A DNA stretch of 63,003 nt, counting the filler, from Circinaria calcarea (Eukaryota), in NCBI GenBank assembly GCA_051942165.1. It is 29 parts of 29 records of this genome, joined end to end, with 100 filler letters (N's around TTAATTAATTAA, not from the genome) between each part and the next. Parts side by side here need not be neighbours in the genome. Positions count along the whole stretch, not along the records: positions 47,972 to 50,037 come from JAVECS010003917.1; positions 50,138 to 52,202 come from JAVECS010003918.1; positions 52,303 to 54,364 come from JAVECS010003919.1; positions 54,465 to 56,525 come from JAVECS010003920.1; positions 56,626 to 58,686 come from JAVECS010003921.1; positions 58,787 to 60,847 come from JAVECS010003922.1; 23 more parts are not named here. One strand, given 5' to 3'. Position 1 is the first letter of the stretch, and every line of letters starts with the position of its first letter. Made by a program: the position numbers and the translations under genes. This document shows, one piece after another, positions 48,498 through 59,830 of the stretch. The notes under the pieces were generated by a model that did no database searches, was not told the DNA's origin, and saw only the letters and a list, made by a program, of their open reading frames with translations.

Positions 48498-49886
48498 ATG
48501 TATCACACTAACCACTATGGCTCTCGGTACGGTGGATACGCAGACGATACTGACCACTATGATGATCAGTATCGCGCTCATCATCATCAGGGAGGATATG
48601 CAGAAGAGGCCGATCCTTATGCTAAATCCTATCGCACTCATATTATTGCGCCCAGGACGCGCAATCCAGAGGAAACCTACAAGTATCGGACACACAATAG
48701 GCGGGATCAAGTGGATACTAACAAGCATCGGACCTATATTATGGCGCCTAGGACACGCAATCCAGAGGAAACTTACAAGTATAGGACACACAACAGGCGG
48801 GATCAAGTGGATACTAACAAGCATCGGACCTATGTTATGGAGCCTAGGACGTGCAATCCAGAGGAAACTTACAAGTATCGGAGACACAACAGGCGGGAGA
48901 TAGAAGATACCAACAAGTATCGCTCTCACCGCACCCGAGACCAAGGAAATCAAGGAAATCAATCGGGTGCTATCAAATATAAGAAGATCAATACTATTGG
49001 AGCTGGTGGCCAAGGAGAGTGTGTATTAGTCGAACGCTCTAGTGATCGCAAGCTGCTTGTCTTGAAGATAATCCGAAACCCGCTGCTTACTAGGGGTGTT
49101 CCATGTGAGGTTCGAGTCCTTAAAGATGTTCTGCCACCTTGCCCGCTTATCATCAAGTTCCATCAAGCGATCCTACAACAACCAGAGACACACCTCTTCT
49201 TCGACTATTGTGATGGCGGCGATCTTCATAGCCTTATCGATAACTATACTCTGCACCAATCCGTCATTCCAGAAGCGTTTGTTTGGCACGTCTTCGTTCA
49301 ACTAGCCCAAGCGTTGGCTTTCATCCATTACGGGGTCAACCCGTCGGAACGTCACGCACCTTCGAGATGGAATAAGGTAATTCATCGGGATATCAAACCA
49401 GCCAATATCTTCCTGAAGTCTCGCTCGGGTGGTAAGTATCCTCATGTCATACTTGGCGACTTCGGTCTGGCGGCTGTAGCCACTGATCCCGATTATAATT
49501 CAATCTCCCATAATGGCACACCCTCATGGAGAGCCCCAGAGCTTCCTGAGGCTACTGCCCGAAGTGATGTCTGGTCTCTAGCTGCCATTATCCACGCTAT
49601 GGCACATCACGGTAGGTCCCCACTGAAGTCAATGCCCAAAACATGGCCAAATGACCGGAGAAACAGGGAGAGATGGGAGGCAGATCCAGAAGTGAGGGCG
49701 CCATGGAAGATAGACCACCTCTACTCATCCACTCTCCAAAAGTGGATGATGGCCGGCCTTGAGCCCAATCCGGGACGACGGACTTCTAGTCTAGACCTCG
49801 TCAAGCAGATGATGCCCGAAGGTGAACGAAGGAGCAGAGATAGCTTCAAGGCTCTAAAATCATGGGTTTTCGACCTCCAGCAGTAA
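48498..49886 (+). CDS. Intronless NimA/NEK-like Ser/Thr protein kinase with an N-terminal repeat region
   Basis: GAGGQG, LVLK, YCDGGDL, IPEAFVWHVFVQLAQALAFIH, HRDIKPANIFL, LGDFG, GTPSWRAPE and SDVWSL are all intact. Confidence 0.9.
   Translation: MYHTNHYGSRYGGYADDTDHYDDQYRAHHHQGGYAEEADPYAKSYRTHIIAPRTRNPEETYKYRTHNRRDQVDTNKHRTYIMAPRTRNPEETYKYRTHNRRDQVDTNKHRTYVMEPRTCNPEETYKYRRHNRREIEDTNKYRSHRTRDQGNQGNQSGAIKYKKINTIGAGGQGECVLVERSSDRKLLVLKIIRNPLLTRGVPCEVRVLKDVLPPCPLIIKFHQAILQQPETHLFFDYCDGGDLHSLIDNYTLHQSVIPEAFVWHVFVQLAQALAFIHYGVNPSERHAPSRWNKVIHRDIKPANIFLKSRSGGKYPHVILGDFGLAAVATDPDYNSISHNGTPSWRAPELPEATARSDVWSLAAIIHAMAHHGRSPLKSMPKTWPNDRRNRERWEADPEVRAPWKIDHLYSSTLQKWMMAGLEPNPGRRTSSLDLVKQMMPEGERRSRDSFKALKSWVFDLQQ
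48630..48925 (+). repeat. 3 x 96-bp coding tandem repeat (32 aa)
   Basis: AATCCAGAGGAAAC recurs at 48663, 48759 and 48855. Confidence 0.95.
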
Positions 49887-50195
49887 AAAACTAATCCTCG
49901 CAGCATAGAAAAAGGCGTTTCCTATTTTCGAAAGGTCGTGCAGTTAATGTTTACTTAGGTCCTGATAACTATACATAATGTTATCTCAATCACCAGTTAT
50001 GGTTATACGCAGTCATTCACCTTGTCTTCCCTTATGTNNNNNNNNNNNNNNNNNNNNNNNNNNNNNNNNNNNNNNNNNNNNTTAATTAATTAANNNNNNN
50101 NNNNNNNNNNNNNNNNNNNNNNNNNNNNNNNNNNNNNTATTAATATTATAAAAAATATAAAGTGCTCCGTTATATTTTTAAAATATAAATAAAAA

Positions 50196-50416
50196 TATAA
50201 AGGCTCTACCCGAGAACCCTTACGAACCCTACGGGAGAATTTTACCCCGAGGTCACGAGGTGCTAGCTTAGCGAGAAAGGTTTTCTTCGCGAAGCGTTAT
50301 ATCAGAATTCTTTAATAATAATTCATACGCTTACGCGAACCTATTGAGCTCATTATCATATAATTTACCGACCCTTTTTCGTAAGATCTTTATATTATTC
50401 GTAAACGATCCTTACA
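50196..50416 (+). mobile_element. Solo LTR, family A copy 3 (RIP-like degenerate)
   Basis: TATAAAGGCTCTACC (derived from TGTAAGGGCTCTACC)...CTTACA. Flanks are AAAAA/AAAGA, and the left flank is extremely AT-rich. Confidence 0.88.
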
Positions 50417-50559
50417 AAAGACGCCGACGAGAATAGGTAATGAGGCCTGAATAGCGACGAATGGGAGAGTATATGGCACGAACTGACTGCTACAGCATAG
50501 TGCTTATAGGAGAGGTATCGAATGGAATCAGTGCTGCGTTTCTGACTGTTATTCTGCTA

Positions 50560-51344
50560 TACTATATTTGTGTCGAGAGTGTATCAATAAGGTGTCGGAG
50601 TCCTCCATGCCTTCCTACCCATTCCATATGCGCCCAGCCTTTAGTCGCCTTGGCTCCACCACAATATAATATACTGCTCGCCCGCAGGTAGATTCTGGAC
50701 CGTGGACTTTGTAGAAGGCCTCGGTTTTAAAAAACGTGATCTCATTTGGATCTAGTAATGCGTTAGATAGCCTGCTACTTGAAGCTGGTCACGCCAATTT
50801 AGCATGAGCTTAGGTTGTAAAATAGACCAGTAGAGGAGAAAAACAGGAAAAGTATATAAATTGAGGCCAAAACCCCTTGAGTGGTAAATATCCGTAATTA
50901 TCATAAACTAAAAGGTTTTTTAATGAATACTGATTTATGGAACTAACCAGTGCGCACCACATCACCATATTTAGTATGCAGCTCATCCAGAATTTTACAA
51001 TTCTGAAATCGCACCATGTCCACATATGACTTAGCTTAGTTAAGCGGAGGCGGACGGGACCTGGAATATGTCGCACTTCTGACAAGAATAGTCGGAACAC
51101 TATAATGCTACCAAATAGTTCTAGAAGAAAGACTGCATCGATGGCGAAACTCTCCCTCAAGGCTACCCTGAACGGTAGCTCTTCCAATTCACATTTCGCA
51201 AATGGAATAAGCATGCCCGCGAGGATGTAGAGACGTGAGATATTCGCTGCAGCCAGATCATATTTCCCCACGAACGAAGAATATCCAGTGTGATGCTAGG
51301 CCAGCCGCTGCAGCAACGACCAATTCAATATAGAAAGCGAGCAT
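50560..51344 (-). pseudogene. Cytochrome P450 N-terminal relic
   Basis: SHWIFFVRGE, IPGPVRLRLTKL, LHTKYGDVVRT|DPNEIT and HGPESTC motifs lie across two frameshifts. Similarity stops after STCGRA and no haem motif follows. Confidence 0.7.
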
Positions 51345-51832
51345 GATAAGAGGGATAAGCACTCCTTTACCTGCTAATCTAATTAAGCAAGAAATATGTG
51401 CCTTAAGGGAGTTAGAAGGAGTAAGAAAGTAGCGTTGGCAACACGGAAAAAAGGGTTCACGGGATACAAACACTATAATGCATTAGGAGATGTGACCGGG
51501 GAACTAGGACCCTTGTCCGTAATAGTTATGTCCTATTAATAAATCTGTAGTTCCGAGCTGATAGCTCCCTGTAATGGCTTGATCGATCGAATCCTTGCAT
51601 GTGCAAATCTGGTATTTGGTATCCGCTTAAGGTCATAGGACGCTATACAGTGGCAAGGGCCGAGTAGCTTACCCTCAGTAAAGGTAGGCGTACATAGCAT
51701 AATCAGGAAGGTTTCTCCGATATGTTGCATGTTTACGCCATAGCCATTTATGGTCTTAACTGCATTGCCGCATTTAAAGTACTGTAGTTTATTATTCCGA
51801 TCTGCATCAGGTAAGGCTTTTTTTCCTAAAGG

Positions 51833-52202
51833 CTAACACTGCAGTGTACTCTCTCCAACCCGCTTCGCCTTCACCTTTTCAACTACGCCGTTAACAAAAT
51901 CAACCACCTCCTTCGTCATTGTAGCATGAGGACAATGCCCAGTCTCCAACTCCACAGTCTCAACCTCTTTCCCCTGCAGCTTCATCCCTTCAACCATATT
52001 CTTCTGATAATCCAACGGCACGGTCATATCGCCACTTGTCATAATGTACGACACGCCTACGCCCTCATCCTTCCACGCACACTTCTCAATAGCCTGATAC
52101 ATTGACTTCCCATTCCAACGCACAAGGCTCGCCACATACTCGTCTGCCTCGGCATCGGGAATTCCAGGTCCAAGGAGTAAGAGTTTCGGATCGCGGTTCA
52201 CG
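51833..52202 (-). CDS. Alpha/beta hydrolase (Abhydrolase_6-type), C-terminus
   Basis: CAWK...VSYIMTSGDMTVPLDYQ..MV...VELETGHCPH, a catalytic Asp/His pattern. Confidence 0.8.
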
Positions 52203-52369
52203 NNNNNNNNNNNNNNNNNNNNNNNNNNNNNNNNNNNNNNNNNNNNTTAATTAATTAANNNNNNNNNNNNNNNNNNNNNNNNNNNNNNNNNNNNNNNNNN
52301 NNCGGAGTAATGCTGATAACATGATTTATCACTTGCCTTGGGGCAGATCTGCCGATTCGGCTCCTTCGC

Positions 52370-54232
52370 TTATTGTAAGCTTATGCGTGTGGCGGAGGTC
52401 GTCTCGAGGCTCGCCGTGCCAATATCCCATCCAGCAGCCGTCAAGGAAACCATGTCGCTGTTCCAACGGCTAGATAATTCTCCTAGAGTTGACGCCAACA
52501 AATGCAGCATTGCTTCGTCACTAGACCCGGCGCTTGTCGCATATCCGCTTTGATAGTGTCGGGCTGCCCAGAGAGAATGAGCCCACGCTTTTAGCTGCGA
52601 GCTTGCGGTCGCCCCTTTTTTTAGGACAATGTATGCCACTAGGTGGCTGCTATCATACCACAATAGGTAATCTTCCAGGCGGAAGACTTCTACCAATCTT
52701 TCCAACTCTATCGACGCATCGCGGTGTGAACCTGTTATGCTATGTGCAGGACCGAGGGCCGTAAGTAGGGTCTTCAAAGAAATACCGATTTTCGCCCATC
52801 CTATCGATTGAGTACCCCAGCGCAAGATACCGTCTCTCTCGAAGATGCGCTCTCTCCTTGAGACGTTCTCTGGAGTTAATACCTTGTTGCTCTCGAGCAA
52901 GGTTGAGAAGACAATGTTGGCTCGCTGACGATTCAGTGTATTCATGCTGACAGCCTTTACCGCCGCATGGTTCATAGCCAGGTGAACAGACAGCAGAAGG
53001 ATGAGGCAGGACCAAGTCGCCAAGGGTGAAGACACATGGGAGACCACTATACTACCGGCCTTGAAGGGATACTATCAGTTATGGACCCAAATCACGGACA
53101 GTCACTCTTACCAGCATTCCCATCAACGAGATTACCGTCTCCTGGCTCGAGTCTTTCTAGTAAACATCAGCAGCTGTCACAGGGCGCGGACCTGCCTCGA
53201 TCTGAGATGAGGAAGGTTAGAGCTTGGAGTCTCCCTATAAGGACATTTAATCAACCTTCCCAAACCCATCTCAATTCCTCAACTTAGAACCATCCAATAT
53301 GGAGATCTCCGAATAATATACTCGGGTAGCCATATCAGAAACTACTAAAGGCCACCTACCGCATTCAACTCCCCCAAATTCCCCCACTTTGCAAAGTGCT
53401 TGCTCAAACTCGCCTTCGCGCTCCCAGCCGCTACCCCACAAAGCGCCCTCAAAACGCTACTGGCGCTCAGTAACAGTACCCGCGGCCCCCTCGGCAGCGC
53501 CGGGGAAAGGCAGTCCAGGATCATGGCCGCGTCGTTGAAGACGTCGGCGGCGAGCCGGTACATTTTGCATTCGGGCTCGAGCGAGGTGCCGAGCTTGTGG
53601 GCAAAGAGGATGGTGGCGAGACGGCCGGTGGATTCCTGGAGGACGGAGAGGAGGAGGGCGGTAGTGGGAGTGGCGAGAGCGTTGCCGACGCCGACTCCTA
53701 GAGAGAGAGAGAGAGAAATGGGAGTTAGGAATAGAGTTGTATGTTGGATTGACAAGCGGCAGGGGAATAGGAGATGGAGGAGGGGGTATCGTTTGTTTAC
53801 CTTCAAGCACCGCCCGCGAAGAAAGCAATCCAGCTATCGAGCTCGAAAATGCTTGCAGCGAATCCTAGATAACTTGGTATGAATATACTTCAAAAGTCCC
53901 CCGCATCCAACACCACTCCATTCCCTTGGCAACCGAGAAGGGAGGAAGGAAGGAAATCTCCTACATAAATCTGATACCTAGAATACGCATCCCCCAATAT
54001 TAATATTCAATATCAACAATCGAACCGTAATAATCCCCTCCCTTCCCATTCCACCAACTCTCCCCTAACTATGGAGACGGTAAAGCATGGAAAAAACCCG
54101 AGAAAAAACCTAAAAGAGGGGGGGGGAAAACAAAACTCACTCCAAGTAATCCGCCCGCACGCTCTCGGGATAGCCTTCCGGCAGGAACACGGCCAGTAGT
54201 CTCTTCCACGGTCCGCTTTCACTGGGTGCTTT
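52370..54232 (-). CDS. RUS1/DUF647 family membrane protein, multi-exon, 5' truncated
   Basis: VFLPEGYPESVRADYL|YQ..|DSLQAFSSSIAGLLSSRAVLE|GVGVG...LEPECKMYRLAADVFND...SKHFAKWGNLGELNA|ESRQE...TLNRQRANIV. Confidence 0.9.
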
Positions 54233-54486
54233 CTGCAACGGACAAATTCGAAGAGAAATATCAGCGGGGTAGTGTTGGTTTGGTGGTTTGTTGGTTGCTT
54301 GGTGCTTGGTGCTTGGTGCTTGGTGTGCTTTTTTGGGGGGGGCGGGAAAGGGGAAGGGAAAAGANNNNNNNNNNNNNNNNNNNNNNNNNNNNNNNNNNNN
54401 NNNNNNNNTTAATTAATTAANNNNNNNNNNNNNNNNNNNNNNNNNNNNNNNNNNNNNNNNNNNNACACCTAACCAACCCACCACAG

Positions 54487-55204
54487 CACCACCCTATCTC
54501 CCGACAACAATGACACCCTCACCCTCCTTCACTATCACCATTTCCCCCGCTCCCTTACCAAACGCGACATCATTATCATCCTCAATCGCTGCAAAGGCGA
54601 CCAAGATGGCTGGGCAGCCTTGTCTTCCAATTGCCTGCGCGACACCCAACCACTCGAAACCCTTAACCCCCGGGCCTACAAAATCCGCTGCTACAAGGCA
54701 CCGTGGAACTACCCGGCAGCAGAGGGGGACATCGCAGGCGCCTATGAACCAGAGCAAATGCAATTCAACTACGGCATCTGTATGCAAAATGAGATTTGTG
54801 TGGATGGATGGAGGGATGGATTCGCTGCCTGCGTTAGCATTTTGAACTATCAGAGAATCGCCACCGTGCTGGCGGGCAAGCAAAGTGGAAAGATCCAGAT
54901 CCCCGTTGATAACATTCACTACAATCCCCGGCAGCAAGCCCTGATCGCCGACGCCATCCTTACGGGCCCGACCCTCGATACTTCCGCGCGTGCGCAAACA
55001 GTGTCTTTGACCGCTCTCAAAAAGCTAGCTACCGTGAATAATATCCCACATTATGGCCCCTTGCCAGGGGGAAAGTGGAACTGCGCGCAGTGCTGGAATA
55101 TCGGGCCGAAGGTCATAAAGGGGCCTGTGGATCAATTTACGGCCAAGGCTACTTTGGTGGGTGATGCGACAGGGTTTCTGTATCTGACGACTTTTCCATC
55201 GTAG
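54487..55204 (+). CDS. Probable secreted Cys-rich protein, last exon
   Basis: CTAAC...CACAG acceptor, then an open frame ...RSLTKR|DIII..C..C..C..GICMQNEICVDG....ACVS...CAQC...*. Confidence 0.7.
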
Positions 55205-58200
55205 GCAATCTATAGCTAAGCAAGGGTGAGGAGAAATTGGAGTTTATATTCTTAATCATGGCAAGTTGCTACCGAGAAGAGCACTTGGTTTATAGATTTC
55301 TTTTCTTTGCAAGAAACCTAAGCACCCCGATGCCTTTTTCCTGGCAATCACATTTCCCTATTTGCCAGTTTACCCCCTCTATTTCTTATGCAAATATTAA
55401 TATCAAAGGTACGATTTCCTTGTCATCAGTACGCCCCCGGCTCGAGCCCGCAGTGCAAATTCCCATGGTTTCTCGACTCTTGTGTCGTTTCTGACGCCGT
55501 TTACTTGCCCATCCATCCATCTCCCTCCCTCCACCACTCTACTATGTTTACCATCTTGGTAACACTACCGCGATTGTGATTGTGAGTAGATGTTATATTT
55601 ACATCATATGCAGTGACTGCACCAGTCCATACGATGGGGATTCCTTCCTCATCCTACCCTCTTTTCTTCGAAAAAAAAAGAAAAAAAAACGAACGAAACT
55701 GTTACGCATATCCTTTCAAATCGCTCAACCCTGTTTACCATACGGTTAACGCATTAACGTATGAATGAGACCTTCAACATCATCCCTCCCTTCCCTTCCT
55801 ACTCTTCCCCTTTCTTAACCCCTAGCCAACCCCCTTCGATCCCCCTTGGACTTTTATCCCTCGATCCATTTGACCACACTCAATTCGATTCATCTCCTCA
55901 CTATCTCACCTCCCGAATCCGCTCTACCCTGCCGCTGGAACCCACGTCCCCTGTAAGTTTTATCCCAGAGGAAATATTCCCTCTGTGAAATTATACATTA
56001 CATGCTGCATTGATCACTTCAGAGGTACCCCCTGCCCCTGCCCCCTACCTCACTTTCAAACCACGAACCTCTACCTATCCTAAGAACAAAAAGGGGGCCT
56101 TTTACCGCCGACCAGACCTTGGCCGAAATTCATTTTTGCCGTCCGTGTTAGATATAGAGCCAGCACACCCTATGCTCCGCATCGTAATATCGAATTACTA
56201 CATGCAGAAATGGAATTCTGTACTCCCTACATTAGCTGCCAGAGGTTCCCCCTTGGCGTCGAACATACACACATCGGACCTAAAATATACATAGGTACCT
56301 TCGTATACATACTCGATGCACTGCGTAAGTCACCCCACGCTGCTTGTTTAACAGGGCCGGCTTTCTCCTTTTCGGATTTTGATTAAAAGTTCCGGAGACC
56401 CTTCTTGTTTACCTAATTCCCACTCTTATCACGGTTAATATATTTCTTAACCTATATAAAATCGCCTTTTCTTATTCCGGCTCTCGAACCCCCTTTTTCA
56501 GTCCCCCCCTAACTCCGTATAGAACNNNNNNNNNNNNNNNNNNNNNNNNNNNNNNNNNNNNNNNNNNNNTTAATTAATTAANNNNNNNNNNNNNNNNNNN
56601 NNNNNNNNNNNNNNNNNNNNNNNNNCCCCAAAATTATCCCCCTTCTTCCTCCCCCCTCCCTCCTAATAACGGAGATCCTCCTCTCCATGCATTAGAAACT
56701 AGCCCCGACATATACTGCACCAGCTACACTGTTGAAAGCTCCGTGGCTGGGGTCTATACTAGATGCCGGCCGCCTGAGCATTTCATGAAAGATATTCGGC
56801 AATCTATACCATCTCACTTTGCTTAAGATTTTTTAGTTCTTTGATACCAAACTGAGCATCGACATCCACAGTCACGGCCTGAGAGGCTAGGGCTTTACAG
56901 GAACGATAAGGGTTTATCAACCGTTTTGCCACCTCCCGTGGGTGGAACCCAGTCATATGTCGCCCCTTCGTGATTGCAACGTCTTGGGTGGTAGGAATAT
57001 TCAGCTGCCCGCAACAGATCTGTTAGTCAAAGCCCTAGCACTGAAGTTTTTGCTGTGTTAAAGCGGCCATGTACTTTGGAATCCGACTACATACTTCATC
57101 AATATCCACTGCCAACATTCCGCGCATGACCTATAATTCAGGAGCCTTTCATTCTGCTTCGCAGGATCTATGAAGCCTGCTTCGTCCAACATGCGTATCA
57201 TCTGAGGCTGTACCTGCGCCTTAATTTCTGGCGGACTTGGACGTAAGCTACATATTATCATCGGGAAAGGGAATTGTGCCTGTTTGTCCTGTTCATTGCC
57301 TGGGAACACACCAATCGAAGAAACGTAAGGCGCAAAATCCGAATTTGGTACAATAACGCGACTTCATTGCGAAAATACAGTTAGAAGGGGTAGGTTATAT
57401 TGTCAAGCGGGGCTGCTTCGGGTGATTGAGCACTGCTGGTAACTGAGAGAACCCAGGCTAGTTGTTGGAACACTGTGTGTAGAGGAAACTGCAGGTTTCT
57501 AATGAATTACCATCGGAGTTATAGGACTCGCAACCGGTTAAAGTCCATCATCAAAACAATTCAACAACTTATAATGAGAGTTTTAATAATAAAATCAGAA
57601 CCTATGTGTTCTTAGAAAGGGAGTGGGTAACCGAACGCCAAGATTTTAATACAGCAGAACTTTTATCGTTTGTATTAGCAAAGTACTTAGATCTTTGCTG
57701 TATCATATGGAGAACACTCTGCACTTAAAAAGTATTCATATATAACTAGAGTTTAAAGTTATTTAAAGAGCTTAGAGATAGGAAAAGTGGATCCTTGCGC
57801 TATGATATCACAGTGCTACAATTTTAACTCAATGCTGGCAAGTCGTAGCCTAAGAGCCGGGTGCAGACTGAACCTGCCGTATCTTGGGCAAGAAATTTGA
57901 TCACTAGACGAGCGGCCATGAATCGCCAGCTAGTAAACAAAACCCGGATAGGTATAATAGAAGGCCGAAGTCTCGGGGCAAATATGTCCGTGAGAAATAA
58001 AGCATCAAATTCATGGTGTAAGAAGTCTTGACCCTTGGAGCCAGATGCAACCCCCGCCAGACTTATAGCTGGTACGCTTCTGATTACATCTAAGTCGGAG
58101 AGAGCAAGTGTTGCTAGCTATAGACCCCGATAGTGGCCTTTCCTTAATAGACTCGGTTATGTTCATCGCGTTTCGCCGCTTCTCCCTTTGTCCGTCCCTT

Positions 58201-58428
58201 GGGTTCGTCGCTCCAATAGCTCGATGTCGCAAGGTACTTGTTATCTCCTACCGGCATTTGCTATTCATGAAGGGTACCGCTGACACGGACTCGCAGACAC
58301 ACTCTCCTGCTACACAGTCCCAGACTCAAGGTCATGCCAGCTTTAGTACGGTTTCGATGAAGGCAGCCAGTCCGGTTAGCCTAAGCTTTGCAGTGTGTAT
58401 CTTCTGTATTGATTTGTACCAGAACATC

Positions 58429-58686
58429 ATGATCCTGGAAAAGGACAAGGAAACCGGCGTCCAATATTACAAAGTTGATGCTAATTATATCCCGGCGGAC
58501 TGGTCCAACGATCCTGAAGAGTTCGAAGGCTTCCCGTACACCGAAGACCTTGCTGGGTACAAGTTTCCGTCCGAGAAAGGTATCCCGATCTTGGCAATGC
58601 ACGATGATCTCCGATTCTTATTCCAGGATGGAGGTCGGTTCTATATCTGGCGGGCGATTGCTGGACATCTTGACCGAATAGAGGCG
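58429..58686 (+). CDS. Small hypothetical protein, 3' truncated
   Basis: Coding-like frame IPADWSNDPEEF...GIPIL...RFLFQDGGRFYIW running into the contig end. Start uncertain. Confidence 0.6.
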
Positions 58687-58786
58687 NNNNNNNNNNNNNN
58701 NNNNNNNNNNNNNNNNNNNNNNNNNNNNNNTTAATTAATTAANNNNNNNNNNNNNNNNNNNNNNNNNNNNNNNNNNNNNNNNNNNN

Positions 58787-58977
58787 AGACAGATATGGCA
58801 GGGAGAGACTTAAGTAACGCATAGCGGTAATAGTATACGTGTCTTGCTATATATATAAGTTGTATAGTTCGCAAAGTGCGAAGCTAAGGAGAAAAACTCT
58901 GCAACCCACGCTAGTACTAATATGGGCAGTATAGAACTTCTGCATAGTATACAATATACTTAGCTCTCTATTTAACA
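58787..58977. mobile_element. LTR family B copy 2 (cut by the contig start)
   Basis: Shares ATGGCAGGGAGAGACTTAAG, AACTCTGCAACCCACGCTA and GCTCTCTATT(C/T)AACA with 17740-17967. Confidence 0.75.
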
Positions 58978-59044
58978 ACCCTCGGTTTGTACAAACTATA
59001 AAAATCCCCTTAGAACGTTGCAATAAAATAACATTAAAGAGACC

Positions 59045-59252
59045 TGTAAGGATTCTTTACGAATAGTAAAACGATCTTACGATAAGGGTCGGTAAATGGT
59101 GTGATAGTTTGTATTTGCGTATGAATGATTGTTAAAGAATTCTGGTGTAACGTTTCGTGAGGAAAACCTTTCTCGCTAAGCCAACACCTCGTGACCTCGG
59201 TGTATAGTTCACCCGTAGGGTTCGTAGGGGTTCTCGGGTAGAGACCCTTACA
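59045..59252 (-). mobile_element. LTR family A copy 4 (small internal deletion, no TSD)
   Basis: TGTAAGGAT...CCCTTACA is homologous to copies 1-3. Flanks AGACC/CAGTA do not match. Confidence 0.88.
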
Positions 59253-59830
59253 CAGTACATCAGGTTAGTGTAGAAGGAAGAAAAAACCCCCAAGATACAT
59301 TTGTAGAATTAGGCTCAGGAGATGAGTTTTGTTGACTAAAATGTCAGATAGTTTGGAGTTGGGGCATGACTTGACATCCCATCACAAAGCTACGTATGGG
59401 GCAATTTGATCGCAATTGGTGAGTGGAAAAAGCTATTCGATAATCTACCGTACACTCGATCACGTCAAGCGATCTTCAAGCAAGCTCACGGCAGCAATGA
59501 CGTTATTTTTATCTTCCTCTACCAAGTACACTCTTCACAGGATACACCTACCCCTCCATCTGACTGCAACTCAGGCCAGCGATCAATCAAGTATAAGCCA
59601 GCCAAGAATGTCCCAAATAGTCCCACCGAATGGCAGCAGATCTCCAACGCCTCCAGCGCCGCCGCCAACAAAGGAGAGGAAAGTCAACATGAGAGATTTG
59701 TGTGGTATCTAAAATATAGGAAAGGAAGCAAGTCCTGCGATGAGGTACAATAATGGACTGGGACCGGGCAAGCTCAGAATATCGACACCAGAAAAGGTTA
59801 TGTACATTGGAGGAGAGTGCTTTTCCAACC

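Noticed and set aside
41468..52202. Apparent cluster of GT2, MFS transporter, kinase, P450 and hydrolase
   Set aside because: The genes lie on different contigs joined artificially, so there is no evidence for a biosynthetic cluster.
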